In this document: positions 1 through 14,450 of the stretch, piece after piece
How positions within the stretch are numbered: position 1 is the first letter of the stretch
Layout of the letters: every line of letters starts with the position of its first letter
Assembly: GCA_013239625.1 (NCBI GenBank)
Contig: MU056050.1
Location: 7,606,773-7,670,772, forward strand
From: Lama guanicoe
Taxonomy: Eukaryota
Length of the DNA: 64,000 nt
Direction of reading: 5' to 3'
Program-made: the position numbers and the translations under genes
The notes under the pieces: model-generated
The model's database searches: none
Seen by the model: the letters and a program-made list of their open reading frames with translations, nothing else
Told to the model about the DNA's origin: nothing

Positions 1-769
1 AGAGAGTTTAATTTTTTGTTCTGTATATTTTTTCAAGTATTTGTGATCCTGGTGAATCAAAGAAAATAAGGGAGTTGTATAAGATGCTTTTTAAGGCTTT
101 ATGGCTCAAATACCCTACCCTGGAAAACGGGTGAAGGAACCATTACACCCCTGCCTAGAGTGCAAGGCTGTTGTGTGACTCCAAAAAGATCAAGGATATG
201 AAGGCTCCTTTATGAATAACCCCATTCGGAGAGGGTCAGTATCATACACGGAAGCCCAACCACATCTAAAGACAGCCATTTTTGTTAGAATTAGAAGGCT
301 TTTCCTTAAACTGAACCCAAATCTATGTTTTTCTGGTTCTGGTGGTGACCTTCATGACCCTTCCAAAGGAAGAGTGCCAGCCTTCTCCATTCCCCCACCC
401 CAACTCACCCCTGTGTTTATCCAAGCTGAACTTCCCCAGTTCCTTCGTTTGTTTAACATGTGACATGGCTACAAGGCTCCTACCCGCATCTAGCTGCTCT
501 TCTTTGAACATACTCCAAGTTGTAAATGCCCAGTGATCCTGACCAAAAGAGGATGTCCAGCTGTGTCCCTGTAAATAGAGTCCTGGATGGCTAACTTTCC
601 CTCTTTGGGGAATCCACATTCACACTCATGGTACACAGATACATAGCCATAAATATATACATATGCACACATTCCCACACCCACACAGGCCCACATACAA
701 ACTCATGAATGCACACACACACAGTTCACATGCATCACACGCTCTTCACACACAACAATATAACCACAT

Positions 770-1181
770 CATATGGTATTTTTCTTTCTCTTTCTGGCTT
801 TCACTTAGTATGATAATTTCTAGGCCCATCCATGTTGCTGCAAATGTGGAATCTAAAAAAATAACACAAATGAATCTATTTACAAAACAGAAACAGACTC
901 ACAGACATAAAAATCAAACTTTGGGTTACCATTGGGGAAAGGGAGTGGGCAGGGATAAATTGGGAGTTTGGGATTTACAGATACTAACTACTATATATAA
1001 AATAGATAAACAAGGTCCTACTGTATAGCACAGGGAACTGTATTCAATATCTTGTAATAACCTATAATGAAAAAGAATAGGAAAAAGAATATATATGTAT
1101 GTATAACTGAATCACTATGTTGTACACCAGAAACTTACACAAAATTATAAATTGATGACAATTCAATTTAAAAAATTTTTA
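770..1181 (+). mobile_element. 5'-truncated, 5'-inverted L1 3' end
   Basis: Perfect 16-bp TSD AACAATATAACCACAT (754-769, 1182-1197); about 770-845 is antisense L1 ORF2 end, the rest is sense 3' UTR. Confidence 0.9.
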
Positions 1182-4100
1182 AACAATATAACCACATTAC
1201 ACATCACACACACAAATCACATGTAGAGGCCATACAGTTCACACAAATAATTTATACTGGAAGCTACTTTCTTCACCTGAAGCTACTTTTTTTTAAAGTA
1301 AACTAAAGTTCTTTCAGAGTCTTCACTCTGTATTTAGTTGTTTGAATCCAAATGTAAGACCTCATATTTGCTACTGCGTTTCTAGTCTGGTAAGACTTGT
1401 CCTCCTACACACTCCAGTGGTACACCACTGCCTACACCAGCTCTGTCACTCTTAAAATAGCGGCTAATACATGTGAAGTACTTCCCAGATGCTCGGCCCT
1501 ACCTGGTCTCAGTCCTTCACATGTATGATCTCACTGCAGTCACACAACATCACTTTGAAATAAGCAATTAGTCTTTGGGTATTCATTCACTGTTCCCCCG
1601 ACCCCTGAGAAATGCTGTGCAATATGAAAGGTAACTTTGTGGGTAACTATTGATATTCTGCGGGGCTATAATTGCTCTTGATGCCTCCCTTCAAATGCCT
1701 TCCAGAAATTCTCAAGAACCAGGGGTGGGGGGAAGTAGCTGGCCTCTGACTAGGAAGAATGGAGGAGGCATTCTAAATGTTCTTTCACCATCCCATACCC
1801 ACCTCTTGCTCAGGAGGTAGCTGGTATGTCAGAGCAATCTTTTGAGGGTGGTGATGGGCAATCGATGGCCATATGAAGACATTTAGAAGAGGCATCATTG
1901 AGATCTGGGAAGAATGGGGACCCAGAAAGGTCTTCTTTCCCAGGGAGAGGGACAGCACGACTGACCCACTTGAAATTCTCTCCCCAGTTCACTCTTGGCA
2001 TTGGATTTAGCCTCACACAATTGGGCTTCTGTAAAGCAGCCAAAACTCTAAAGCTGAAGGGACCCTGGGGCCCACTTTACATACAAATTTGATCTTTTCT
2101 TCGAGTGGGACCCAATCGATTTGCTGAGGCCAGGCCTGGTTGAGCTGCACAGGATTATTTCCCAGAGCTGGGGCGAGTTTGTCAATGAGACACCCACTCT
2201 CCTGGTCACAGCATCAGATTAGCACCTCCATTCACCAGTGGCAGGACTTCCTAAAGTTCTTTTGTGAGTCCTTTCTTTGCACCACAAAAATATTTCTCCA
2301 TAGAGAAAAAAAAATATGACACTCTGGAGTTTGGGTTCCTAGGTTAGGCCACGCTTTACTGACCATAAGGATAAAATGCAGAATCTGTGCAATGAAAACT
2401 GGCAGAAAAATAATACTCTTGCAAGTGTACCTCAGGCTCCAGCAGTATAGCTGACATTCATCAAGCTTAAATATCAAATGACAGAAAGCATACTGGGCAT
2501 TGATAGAGCAGGATACCAGGTCCCTGAGGGTGATGATGGCAATGGTGAAAGCATCTTTCCTTTTTTTCACGCTTATCTACTAAGCCAACCTAAATATCCA
2601 ACAGTAGTGCAATGGTTAAATCAACTATATGACATATCCACTTGTTAGACTCATCTACATCCATAAAAATGGTGTTTATGAAGAAAATGTAGCAACATGG
2701 AAAATGGTATTATAACTGTATCAAATATGCATTTTTAAAAGACTGGAAGAAAATTCAGTGACAAGTTAAAGTAAAATATTCCATTAAGTTGGTGGGATAA
2801 TAGTTATTTTTCTCTCTGTTTTTTCAGAGGCTGGGAGCACCTGAAGGCCTAAAATCTCTATCGAGTTTGTTCTTAAATTACTCTTATAATTTAAAGGAGT
2901 TTTTAAAAGGCTAATTGAAGGCCTACAGTATACAAATAGTCCATACAGTGATTTAGGATCCCACTATACATAGCTTAATCTAAGGGATTTTTTTTCCTTC
3001 AAATTTTAGTTTAAATGTAGTGACTAAATCAGGTCAGCCAAATGTGATCTCAACAATGATCATGAACTGTCCCCTAACACTGGGTGGGAAGAGACAGAAC
3101 TGGTTTGAATCCCAGACCTGCTTTTATAGTTTTACTATGAGAAAGTTTCTTAACCTCTTTTAAAATGACATGATAACGCCTACATTTTCAGGTTATAAAA
3201 ATAATGACTATTATTTTTAATAACTATTTTAAATGGTTATGTTGTTATTATATATATCATTATATTAAGTGCCTTCTATGGCTCAGTTATCAAAAGATGT
3301 GTTTATTCCTTCTCCAAATATTTATCATTTACATTACATTAATGTAATGTCACTTTACATTAATGATCTCATTTAACTTTCATAACAACTCTTTGAAATA
3401 AGTATTGTCATCTTCATGTTAAAGACAAAAGCTCAGAGAGGTTCCGTAACTTGCTCACTGCCACACAGTAACTCAGCAAGGATTACAACCCCTTTTGGTC
3501 TGATTTCAAAGCTTGAGTGAGATTAAAAGAGATAACATTTGCAAAGCTTCTAGCAATATGCTGATATAGAGCGGACATTTACTAGGTGGTCAATACAGTG
3601 CTAATGATGTTCCCTTGCCCAGAGTCCAAATTCTGGTCTTTGATCTGCTTGATTACTTATAGATTCCTTTCTTTGAAAAGGTGCACCTTTCAACTGGAAG
3701 ATGCAATGCAAACGCCACCTGTGTCCTTATTGCTGGGGCTCTGAGTCACTAGGAAGCGATTTCTGTTTCCTTCTGGCAGTGTCATTTGTTCTCACATGTA
3801 TCAGCAGAAGTAGGTAGATGGCATGTTTGATGAGCCTTGGCAGCTACTGTCACGTTTCAGATACACTTCTTGAGAAACCACGCGGCTTCCTCGGGATAGA
3901 CACCCTCTACTCAGCAACTGGTAGGTCCCTGCACTTAGGGATGCTTATTAAATGGCTGGGATGTATCCTGAACTTCTGTTCCAATTATTCTCTGTATGCT
4001 ATGGCTGACCCTTAATTGTTACCCCTCCCACTTTCTTCTTCAAAGCAGGGGCTACAAGACCTCCTCAGAAGCAGACAGGGGTAGGAGCTGGAGAAGAATT

Positions 4101-4946
4101 TAAGGTCCTAAGTCCTTAGAGGGACTCATTAAAAGATTATCTTGCCTGGGGTAGTCTATGGTCAGTGAAGGGTAGCATGCAGGATGAATAAGAGGGATGA
4201 AGGAGAGGGGGGAATTGAAGGCACTTTCCAGAGGCTGGGAGCATCTGAAGGCCGGCCTCTCTGAGCTTTTTCCTGCCACGAATCTCAATACTTCTCTACT
4301 CTGGAGCCTCTTGATCCCTCCCTGGATTATATATGCCCCGTGCCTTCTTAACCTCCCCCCACCACTCCCTGCCTAAATGCAGCTTTAGCTTGTAGTGACT
4401 TGCTTTTGTCTCTAGAGGGAGGCAATAGCATCTGGGAGGAAAGGGCACAGACTGGGGTTTTCTCTCACTTTACCAAAGGGTAGATTTTATTTTCCTTTAA
4501 CTGGGAACAGATAAGTAACAACTTATTGGAACTGTATTTTAGGTGCTGCAAAGTATATCTCAGAGAAACATCATCTATCCCCTCATCTACTGCACCCCCC
4601 AACCTTGGTAACTGCTAGAAAAAAAGTGGCCTTGTCAGCCCTTCTTAATTTCTAGGGTAGAGGTGAGAAACAAAACAAAACAATAGTCAGGGAATACTTA
4701 TGCTGCCACTCTCTTGGGTGCAATGGCACACATGTAAGAGATAGCATCAGGACTGGGTCCAAAGCCAGGGTTGGGGTAGGAGGAAGTCTAGACACTGAGC
4801 AGGTAGTTCGACACTTTCCTGTATGTAGTATTATATCTGAAACCTTGGTCTCATTAACACTACCAGGGGAAACTGCAGAGTGAGAATTGGGCTTAGGGTC
4901 CAATTCTTCCGGGCTGCATTAGGCTGATCAAAACATCACCCTAAAA

Positions 4947-5402
4947 AAAGAATGAAATAGTGCCATTTACAGCAACATGAATGGACCTAGAGATTATCAT
5001 GCTAAGTGAAGTCAGTCAGACAGAGAAAGACAAATATCCTATGATGTCACTTTTATGTGGAATCTGAAAAATGATACAAATGAACTTATTTACAAAACAG
5101 AAACAGACTCACAGAAGTGGAAAGCAGATTTATGGTTGCCGAAGAGGAAAGGTGGGTGGTGGGGGGATAAATTAGGAGTTTGGGTTTAGCAGATATAAAC
5201 TACTATAGATAAAACATATAAACAACAAGGTCTTACTGTATCGCACATGGAACTGTATTCAATATCTTATAAATATCTACAATGAAAAAGAATATGAAAA
5301 AGAATATACATTATATATATGTATAACTGAATCACTATGCTGTACACCAGAAACTAACACAACATTGTAAATGAAATATACTTCCATAAAGAAAGAAAAG
5401 AA
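4947..5402 (+). mobile_element. 5'-truncated L1 (ORF2 end plus 3' UTR)
   Basis: L1 3' sequence; TSD ATCACCCTAAAA (4935-4946, 5403-5414); A-rich tail. Confidence 0.9.
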
Positions 5403-5589
5403 ATCACCCTAAAAGAAGAGGGGCTATTTCAAGAGTGTCAGACACACCAGTAATGAGGAAAATTGGCAGCTTAGTCATTCAGCTTCAGTCCCTGAACACC
5501 CTGGTTGAGACATTCTGAGCTATAGGAAAAGGGGAGAGAGTAAAGCAAGAGAGGGAATTAACTAATCTTTTATTGAATATTCACTATAC

Positions 5590-5785
5590 ATGTTAAGCAT
5601 TTGGCTGACACTTTCCAAATTTTACCTCTTTCAGTCATCTGAGCATTTCTAAGGCAGGTATTAACATCTCCAATCTACAGATGAGAAAACTGAAGTTCAG
5701 AGAGATGAAGTAAACTTCCCAAGATCACACAGCAACTAAGTGATGGAGCTGGGATACAAACTCAAAGCTATTTCACTCCAAAGCT
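5590..5785. mobile_element. MIR SINE relic
   Basis: MIR core TACAGATGAGAAAACTGAAGTTCAGAGAG...CCCAAGATCACACAGC; boundaries approximate. Confidence 0.7.
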
Positions 5786-6062
5786 CCTCTGCCCCTAAGG
5801 AAAAGAGGAAGGTCCTGATATTTAAAGGGTTTTACTTACATAGGAAATCCAAGATCTCTCTCTTCAATAAAACTCACATTTTGATGCTTTACCCATACAG
5901 ATTCTTGTGTTTAGGGTGAAAACTAGGAAATATTTGTTTACATTTGGCAGTAAAGGGGATTATTAAAGTATTTTTCCACCTTTACAATTCCCCATATAAT
6001 CCTCATGTTATGAACCCCTAAGAGAGGGAGACTTATAGTGGGGATTTTAAACTCCAAAGGAA

Positions 6063-6067
<5 letters not shown>

Positions 6068-6100
<33 letters not shown>
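6068..6100. repeat. (TG)n microsatellite
   Basis: Seen directly; similar tracts near 6376-6403, 13117-13154 and 15337-15357. Confidence 0.95.
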
Positions 6101-6101
<1 letters not shown>

Positions 6102-6373
6102 TATTCTATGGTAGTGGCAGGGTCCTCGTAGCCCCTCCTATCCCATCATTTATATGAGTCAGGGAAGGAGGGAGTAAGGATAGCCTTCTGTCACACTAAT
6201 TTAGAGCTTCTGGTCCAGAACTTCATCTTTGGAGCCACAGCTCTGGAGCTTTTGGCTTCTTCAAAGTTGAAGTTTGTCCTCGATTTCACAAGAGCACTGG
6301 GCTGGAGTAAACCAGACAGTCTTTCACAAATCCAAGTGGGACTTACACAATAGAATTTAGATAGGTGGGGCAG

Positions 6374-6404
<31 letters not shown>

Positions 6405-7689
6405 CAGGTGGGAGGCAGAGACCTCACATGAGCGGCTGTGAGGGAGTAGAAGTGAGGTTGGTATATTCAGAGGCCAGTGAGGCAGTGTCAGACTAGCCCC
6501 ACAGCAGCAGGAAAGCCAAGTGCCTGAGATGAGATGCTGGGAGACACCAAAGTTTATGTGAACTTCTTGTACTGACTTACCAAGGGGCTTCAGCTAATCT
6601 GTGTCCTGCATGATTTAGACTGGCCTCTCTAGACAGCCCCCCCTTCTCTAAAAATAAAAAAGACTTTCTGGCTACATAGTAGTTTAGGCAATGCTTTTCC
6701 TGCCTACCCAGGATGAGGTGCTGACCCAGGCCCAGCTGGGGGGGAAGCTTTATGGATGTTCCAGCTGCTTCTTGTCTGCACACCAGGCTCATTTGTGCCA
6801 GTTGAAAGGGCACAATAATAACAGTAGCAATTTAAATCGTGCTTCGTGCTTCTCGCTTTCCCCCTTGAAAAGTGGCGAAGTGACTCATCACCAGTGAATC
6901 GTCCCTCTCCATCCACCTCCTGACCTCTTTGCAGCAGTCTAGGCTGCTTCCCTGGGGGCTGAACTAGAAGCCAGTTCTTCCAGCGGCCCTTTAGCTGCAA
7001 CTCAGCCAACAGCCCCCCCCCCAGTAAATGTGTTAAAAAATGCGATGTATTGTTTTAATTTGAAATTCTCAGATGAGGCTGCTTGGAGGCATTAGAGCAG
7101 CATGAGCCCCATTAGGTAAGCGCAGTGCTCCCCGCAAACATGAATAATACAAAATGGGGCCCATTCAAGAATCTTTTTGAAGGGGGGGCTCTGCTTGTTT
7201 TCCTATGTGCAGTTTGATATGGAGATGACTGGTTAGCTTGAAATTTACTACATACCAACTTCTGTGGGTAATGCCGTAAAAATGGGTCCGAGGGAGCTAT
7301 GAAATCATTCCCTTACTCCATCCTGACCCTTCACCCCTATCCCCATCCCCAATTCCCCATATCCTAGGGCTAGAAAATGCTCATTCTCTGTTCTTTCTTT
7401 CAGCACCAGCCTAAGGAGAGCTCCCAGAACTGGAGCTGGTGAGGTGCTTATGAGCCTAAGATAATTAAAGATTTTGAGGTGTCAACAAAACAGGTAATTA
7501 GGTGGAGAAGGTATCAGCTGTCTGGGAGACAAAGAAAGTAATTATGCTGAGCACTCTTGGTTCTGTCAATAAACTCAAAAGAAAGTTTGTTGCGAAATGA
7601 TACTGTTTGATAAAGACTTCAATGCCTGGCATTGATGACTCTTGATGAGGCTGCCTGGTAGAGAAGAAAGATCTAGTGAGCTTGCCAAA

Positions 7690-7910
7690 CCTGGGTTCAA
7701 ATATCAATTCTGCCTCCCACTGGCTGTGTGACCTTGGAGAAGTTACTTAACTACTCTGAGTTTGATGTGTGATGTGCAAAATAGTGAGAATCATAGCTCT
7801 ATCTACCACATAGTATCAATGTGAGGACTCAAAGAGATAATGCATATAAGAGCACTAGTGCAATGCCTGGTACACAATAAGTGCTTAATAAATGCTAACA
7901 TTATTGTCAG
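7690..7910. mobile_element. MIR SINE relic
   Basis: CTGGGTTCAAAT...GCTGTGTGACCTTGG...AAGTTACTTAAC...GCCTGGTACACAATAAGTGCTTAATAAATG; boundaries approximate. Confidence 0.75.
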
Positions 7911-8549
7911 AATCATTATTACTATTCTTACTATATACCAGGCATTCTGTACAGGAGCCCAAAGTTTAAAAGGAGAGACAAATAGTTGTAGTTCTGTATG
8001 ATCATGTCATGAGAAGTATGAAGAGTGGAACTATGATAGCTCAAAGGAGGGTGCCCACAACTGGGAGGGAGGGGTACAAAAAAGCAGAGAAAGTTTTGTG
8101 AGTCCTGAGTTAGTTCTTAAAAAAATAAGTAGGAGTTTGTCATCAAGCCGAGGGTGAAAGGGATTCCAGGCAACTGCATCTGCCCACACAAAGCCAAAGA
8201 GGTGTGAAACAGCCAGGCCTTAGCAAATAGTTGGGCTTTGCTGGGCACCACCTGGGATCTCCTGGAGGGGGGCGGGGAATCAGTGACCAAGAATCTTTGC
8301 AGTTTACTCCCACCAGCCCCTGCACCGCGCCTTAGGCGCCCTACCTGGCCAGTCACCTGCGGCGCCTTCCTCTTCTTTCCTCGAAGCAGTCAGGTAAGCT
8401 CACACCCTGCCCCAGTGGGCCTTGTGTACCCAGCGGTGGGCCAGGGGACCCAGACTGGGCAGGTCAGACCAGGGAGCGACCCTGCCCAGGTCGCGGGCCC
8501 CTATCTCCTTCCTTGTCCCAGTCCTGGAGCAAAGCCCCCAACCCCCGAT

Positions 8550-9241
8550 TAAAAAAAACACAAAACACCAAGCAAACAGTCACCTGGGTTCTTTAGATAA
8601 CCCAGTGCTCTCACACACCACACCCTTAAACTCACACGGCAACCCACCTCCAAGACACATGCTGTTTTCTGCCCTCCATCCTAGTATATACTCTGGCCGC
8701 AAGCATCCCCACCACACACATGAACACATCACACCCAAAGACACACTCACACCGCACCGTCACACACAAACCTTTGAACACACTCATGTATACAGAAAGA
8801 CACTTTGCTCACTAACACACACACTACAACAAACACCGCCTGTAAATCCAAATTGACACAGCACAGCTAAGAGTAAACACACACCAAACATATACACACA
8901 AGTTTCAAAGGGCACACATACATACACACACTGCATACATATACACACCACAGCACGACCACAAACCCCGGCAGAAGCATACATCAAACACACCCACATC
9001 TAGACCGCACCCACAGAGTGACACTATAATCGGGCAGAAACATACAACCTGAAAACGTGCACACACAAACACCGCACAAACACACGCTCCACGTCCGAGC
9101 GCAAAGAAATTCACCCAAGCACTCAGACTAAAACATGCAACACACAGCCCACACCCAGCCACACACAGAACTCACACACAGGCGTACCTCACGCGCGCGC
9201 GCGCGCACACACGCGTACATGCATACATACATACACATATA
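8550..9241. repeat. CA-rich low-complexity region ending in an alternating purine/pyrimidine tract with (CG)7
   Basis: Seen directly. Confidence 0.85.
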
Positions 9242-10150
9242 GCCCGCCCTCTCCTTCCCTCCGGGAGGAAGAAAAGGGGGCGAGGATGGGAGGAGGGGGA
9301 AGAAAGGACAGGGGGATGGGCTGGCGAGGTGCTGCGGGCACAGACGCTCTTTTCCCTTTGACTTGGGGTATTGCCCCCATCAACGCGCCCGTTCCCCATT
9401 CCCAAGCAAAGGTAGTGAGTGAGTTGGGTCCAGACGGGGTCCAGTCGGAACCCTGTAAAACTGGAAGGTCCGGGGAATCCGCCGGCGGGAGGCGGGCACG
9501 TGAGCTCTGCGGGGACCCTGATTCAGCGTATGCTCGACCCCGCCTGAGGCTCCTCCTCCCTGAATCCTCCCCCAGACCCCGGTACCGCCTCGACCCCTGC
9601 TCCTGGCGGGGGAGGGGGGAGCTTGGGGGCGGGGGAGGGCAGGAGGGGAGTTATTTCTTCCTCCCCCTACCTGAGACGTTGAGCAACTGTTAGGAGTGGA
9701 AGCTTTTATTGGTTGCGAGAAGTAGGAAGTTTAGATCTGCAGACAAGCTTTTTACAAAACCTGTTCTAATCTAGTTTGAAGACGTCTCTTAATGGAGAGC
9801 TCACTATTTTGCAAGGCAAATAATTTTTACATAAAATGTAAAGGCTATTGGAAATCACTGACACCGTGCTGGGCACATAGTAGGGCGTTATAAATGTCCC
9901 TCCCTCTCGTTTTTGTCACTATATCTGGCAGGGCTATTTGTAGCCCAGCACCAGCCCGCGACAGCTCTTGGGCAGTCGGTAAGCTCTTTTTCCTTAGCGC
10001 CCAAAGAAGCCCTCCTGAGAGCAGCCGCCTGGGCTGGGGAGCCAACGGCGGCAGGGGCGGTAGAGTCACCGAGGGTGCTTTGTGCTGATGGCAAAGCCCC
10101 CACGGGAAGTTCTGAGGTCCCCTCCGTTGTAGCGGGCTACAGGGGTCACT
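9180..10150. promoter_or_regulatory. CpG/GC-rich island, candidate alternative ARHGAP36 promoter
   Basis: High CpG density, GC boxes (GGGGCGGG), inverted CCAAT (ATTGG near 9708), TATAAA near 9889; function inferred. Confidence 0.5.
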
Positions 10151-13114
10151 CCAGAATGCTCCACGGCCAGATGGCCCTCTGGCTCCTGTCCTCTGCTTGC
10201 CTCCTTTCTATAGAGATGGATGGCAGATGAAGGCCTGGAGGAGAAAGGACCTTCGCCTGAGGAGGCGCATGGTGTAAAGCGCCTTGCCAGGGAAGTGCAC
10301 AAGCTTTGTAGTTGGTGTAGGTTCGAGCCCCAGCTCTGCCTATTGGCAGCTGACTTACCTCGGCAAGTTGCTGGCTTAGGTTTTGGGGTGGTTGCAAGTT
10401 TAAAGGAGGAAACAGATGTAAAGTGTTCATTCCGATTACGATCCCAAGGATGTCCATTCCCTCCTTCTCACCCTCATCAAGGATAAAGATTTGGGAGTTT
10501 GGGGAAGGGGGTGGGGATCTGAGGCTGGGAGGGAAATGTGGCCACCAGGTAATGCCTCCAAGCCAGAGGATGGACAGAGGTTCAATTAGCATTCACATTC
10601 TTAAGCAATGTGGTGTGTTTAAGTGAAATTGCAGCACCAGTGATTTTAGTGATGCCACTCACTGGCCACCAGAAATTTCAGGCCATAGCCCCAGTCCTTG
10701 TGGCTGAACTGAGGCGCCTCTGCCCCTCACCTTACCCCTCACAGGGACTTCCTAATTCATTTCCCCACCCGGTAATCTTCTCCCCCTTTCCAAGTCACCA
10801 CGTTTTTTTTTAATTGTAGTGAACACTCATTGAATACTAGGCACATCTCCTCTTAACTTACGTGCCAGTGCCTAGTGCAGTGCCGGATACAACACAGGCT
10901 GTGTACTTGCAGCAAGGCGATGCCCTGGGTGAAATCCCTTGGAAACACTGAGACTTAAGGGCACAGAGAGGGTTATCACAAGAAATCTAGAGAGAGAGGA
11001 CTCCAATAGCAGCGCCCCAGACACTGGGGGCATATAGGGCAGTGGCTTTGGATAGGGGGCTATTCTATTACTCCTCAAAGCCCACTACCCATAAGCCGTC
11101 CTGGAAGGGGGTTGTCTCACTGCAGCTGAGGCTTCTGCAGCCAGTTAAGAAGAAAGCCTCTTTCCTGGAGGGCAGAGGCTCTGGCCAGCTAGCGAGTGAG
11201 TCACTGTATCAGAGTTGGGCAGCAGAGGTGGCTCTAAAGTGGCAGTGAATTAGTCCAAGATGGCCAGGGGAGATTACCCGAGTAATGATAAGAAGGGAGT
11301 TAAGGCAGTAGCCTGAGCCCTTAAGGCTGGAACTAAGTGGTAGAGTGTCTATATACATCTGCCTAGAGTCAGCTCCTAACCTGCCTCCACACTTCCACTC
11401 CTCAGAGTCCCAAAAGATAGCCCAGGCAGCTTCTTAGAGGAAGTGGAGTGGAAAGCATCCTTCCTGGGGGATGTTTGGGAGACCTGGGTTCCAGATTTTG
11501 ACTCTGATACTTGCTGTGTGACCTTAGGCAAGCCCTTTTACTTCCTGCTCTCAACACCAGAAGGAAGTTAAGGAGGCCAGGGGCTCTGTGCCAGGCCTTG
11601 TGCTAAGTGTTTTACCAATGTTATTTCACACATTCTTCCCTGCAGAGCTATGGGCTGAGAATTTACTCCCCTATTTTGCAGTGGAGAAAACTGAGGCTGA
11701 GTGATATTCAGTCATCTACTTTCTCTTTAATATATCACGTAATCCTTATGTATTTATGTTACCAAGGCAATCACTGTAACTCAAGCCAATAACCTGCCAA
11801 TCCTCTGCCTAAATTGGCTCCCTATGCACTTAGATTCAAATCATGTCTCCTGGCTGCCCCCAATGCCAATTCTTGTTGCTTTCAAGGCAGTTGGCTACCT
11901 GGGTGGGTTTCTTTTTTCATCTTTGGTGACAAGCACCCACCCCAACTCAGATCTTTCCCTGGCATGTCAGTGTAAAAGCCCACATTAGAAAGCAAGCATC
12001 ACCAGAATGATGCACCCCAGTATCAATCCCTTATCACAAGAGTGGGGGAACTGGCTGCAGGATGCTGCAGTAAGGAAGGGGAGCAAGCTGCCAGGGCCAG
12101 AAGGAGGGGCTGCAGAAAAAAACCAACAGGAGAGAGACAGGATGCCAGGGACAAATTGGACTAGCTTCAAACTGCTGCTCCCTCCCTTTCTCCCCCTCTC
12201 CAGATCTGGTCCTCTAGGATGTATAAAGGGGCAGCACCCAGCCCATTTTCAGTGGGAGGAGAGGGAGAGATCCTCTCCTTCAAGGGAAGGGAAAACCACC
12301 CTGGGCATTCAAATTACATTCCTGTGTTGGGTAAGATTTATTTAATTACTGTGGAGTGGGAGTAGGGATGGGAAAGAGGAGTAGGGGAAGAGGGCACCTT
12401 CTTGGTAAGTGCTGGTGCTGAGGTGGTACTTACAGTGAAAAGAGCGCCACCAATGCTGTTGCTCCAGCCAGAAGCTCTCACCCTTTGCTAGGAGATAAGA
12501 GATACTTACCACTGGGCTTCTGGGTTTCATTTCCAATCTAGATCCCTAAGAGCCACATCTCTGAGCCTTTAGGGACTGAGTCCATGTTTCTCTGGGCTCC
12601 CCCAGGACCTGTGTCTGCCAGGTGTCAGCACCTGCCCTGTATCCCTTCCCCTTTCCTTCCCTCCTCCTCTCCTTTGCTTAGGCTCTGATCCTTCTCCTTC
12701 CCTCTTGCTGGGCTCACCCAGAGTCTCTGACATTCTTGACTCTCCTCTCCTCTTTCTTTTTTATTGCGGTCCCTCTGTGTCAACAACATTCTCCCTTTGT
12801 CCATTTACTTCATCCAGAAGAATAGAAAATTCAGCTGTGAGGGGGTGTAATTGTTTATTTAAAATTCTCTCCACTTGAGATCTTGCATTTATAACCCTGT
12901 ATTGCCCTTGTTGCATCAGATGAGAATATTTAGTGCTTACGAATAATACATTTTTGCTTGGCTGAATAGTGATTTGAATATATGATTGTTGGGCTCCAGA
13001 TTAGAAGGAGGCATTTTTGGAAGCTGTATTAGGAGGTAAGAAGGTTTGGGCAGGTGTGAATGGCCTTCTGACTTCTCCAGGTGCAAAGAAGAAAAAGAAA
13101 GATGATGAGTATAG

Positions 13115-13155
<41 letters not shown>

Positions 13156-13839
13156 GCGGGGGCGGGTTGGGGGGGCGGTTACTGAGACCACTCTCATCCA
13201 AATGGGTAGAGGACTTCTGTTTTCTCTTGCTGTTCATTGAACTCTGAGCAAAATGACCTTTTTGTCTCTGAGTTTGGAAGAACAGAGGCCCTGGACAAGA
13301 TGGGAAACAAGGAGAAGGAAGAGCAAGGCAGGGAGGGGAAGGGGGTTATTCCTTGTGCAGCCCTTGTGTGGAAAGGGCTAACGAGGGATGCTACTACCTG
13401 CCCCCCAATGCCATACAAGTCAGGGAAGAAGGGAAGGGGTGAGGGCTAGCAAAAGATGTGCTGAGCTGGGATCCGAGAGTTCTGGGCCTTCCTCTTGGCT
13501 CTGCCACTAATTACCTCTGTGCCCTTTGGTAAATTTCTTAGCCGTGTGGACCTCTGCTTCTGCCTTTCCTTCAGCAATAAGGTGAGGTTGTGTGGCATGG
13601 TCAGGGGGAGAGAAATTCGGAGTACCCAGAGAAAGGGACCCTTGGGCTGAATCTTGAAGGAGAAATCAGTTTTGAATAAAGGGAAGGAAGATTGTGAGGT
13701 ACAATGAAAAACAGTGGGAGTAGCCCAGGGAATTTAGCAAACAGGTATGCGTAAGGCACTGAGTTGGCTGCTGCGTGGAGAACTGAGATGAATCAGCCCC
13801 TGCCCCACCGCGGAAGACTTCAGAGAGAGAGTGGGGGAA

Positions 13840-14450
13840 TCAGAGCGTCAGAGCTCATCGCGGTCACATTGCTGGCGGCAGCTCGTCCCAGGACGGGTCG
13901 TGTAGCGCCGCAGGACTGACCAGCGGGTCACGCAGCCATTATTCCCTGGCCGGACTAGGAGAGTCGCCAAGAGGTAGTGCAGGGGCAGGGCTCCAGGGGC
14001 CTGAGTGCAGCCCCTCGAGGGGCTAAAGTGGGAGGTGAGGGCACTCCAAGTGGAGGACCCGACGTGAGGGAGGGAGAGGAAGGCTGCGAGGGCTGAACAA
14101 GGTGCCCAGCTTTTCGCGTTCAAGGACTCAAACGTGGAGCACGCAAGAAAGAGAGCATTTTTCGAATTCTCGGCAGGGGCAGGCGGCGAGAGTGGGTTTT
14201 GCGCGCCGCGGGGCTTTGTTTAACTTTGCAGATTCTGCGCGCTCTTGAGCCACGTAGGGGCGGGACGCGCGGGGCGCAAACCCGCCTGACCGCGCTTGGC
14301 AGCCGCCACCTGTGGCGCAGGACAAGCCTTAAGGGGATGGCGCGAAGTCGCGGCCGGCGGGTTCTTGTCCGTCTCCCCCTCACCCTGCTCCCTCTCCCTC
14401 TGCGGTCACCTAGCTCGGGGTGGAGGGCAGACTGCCGGGCTGGGGCTCCA
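13840..14450. promoter_or_regulatory. CpG island, candidate alternative promoter
   Basis: Dense CpG (GCGCGCCGCG, GGGGCGGGACGCGCGGGGCG). Confidence 0.6.
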
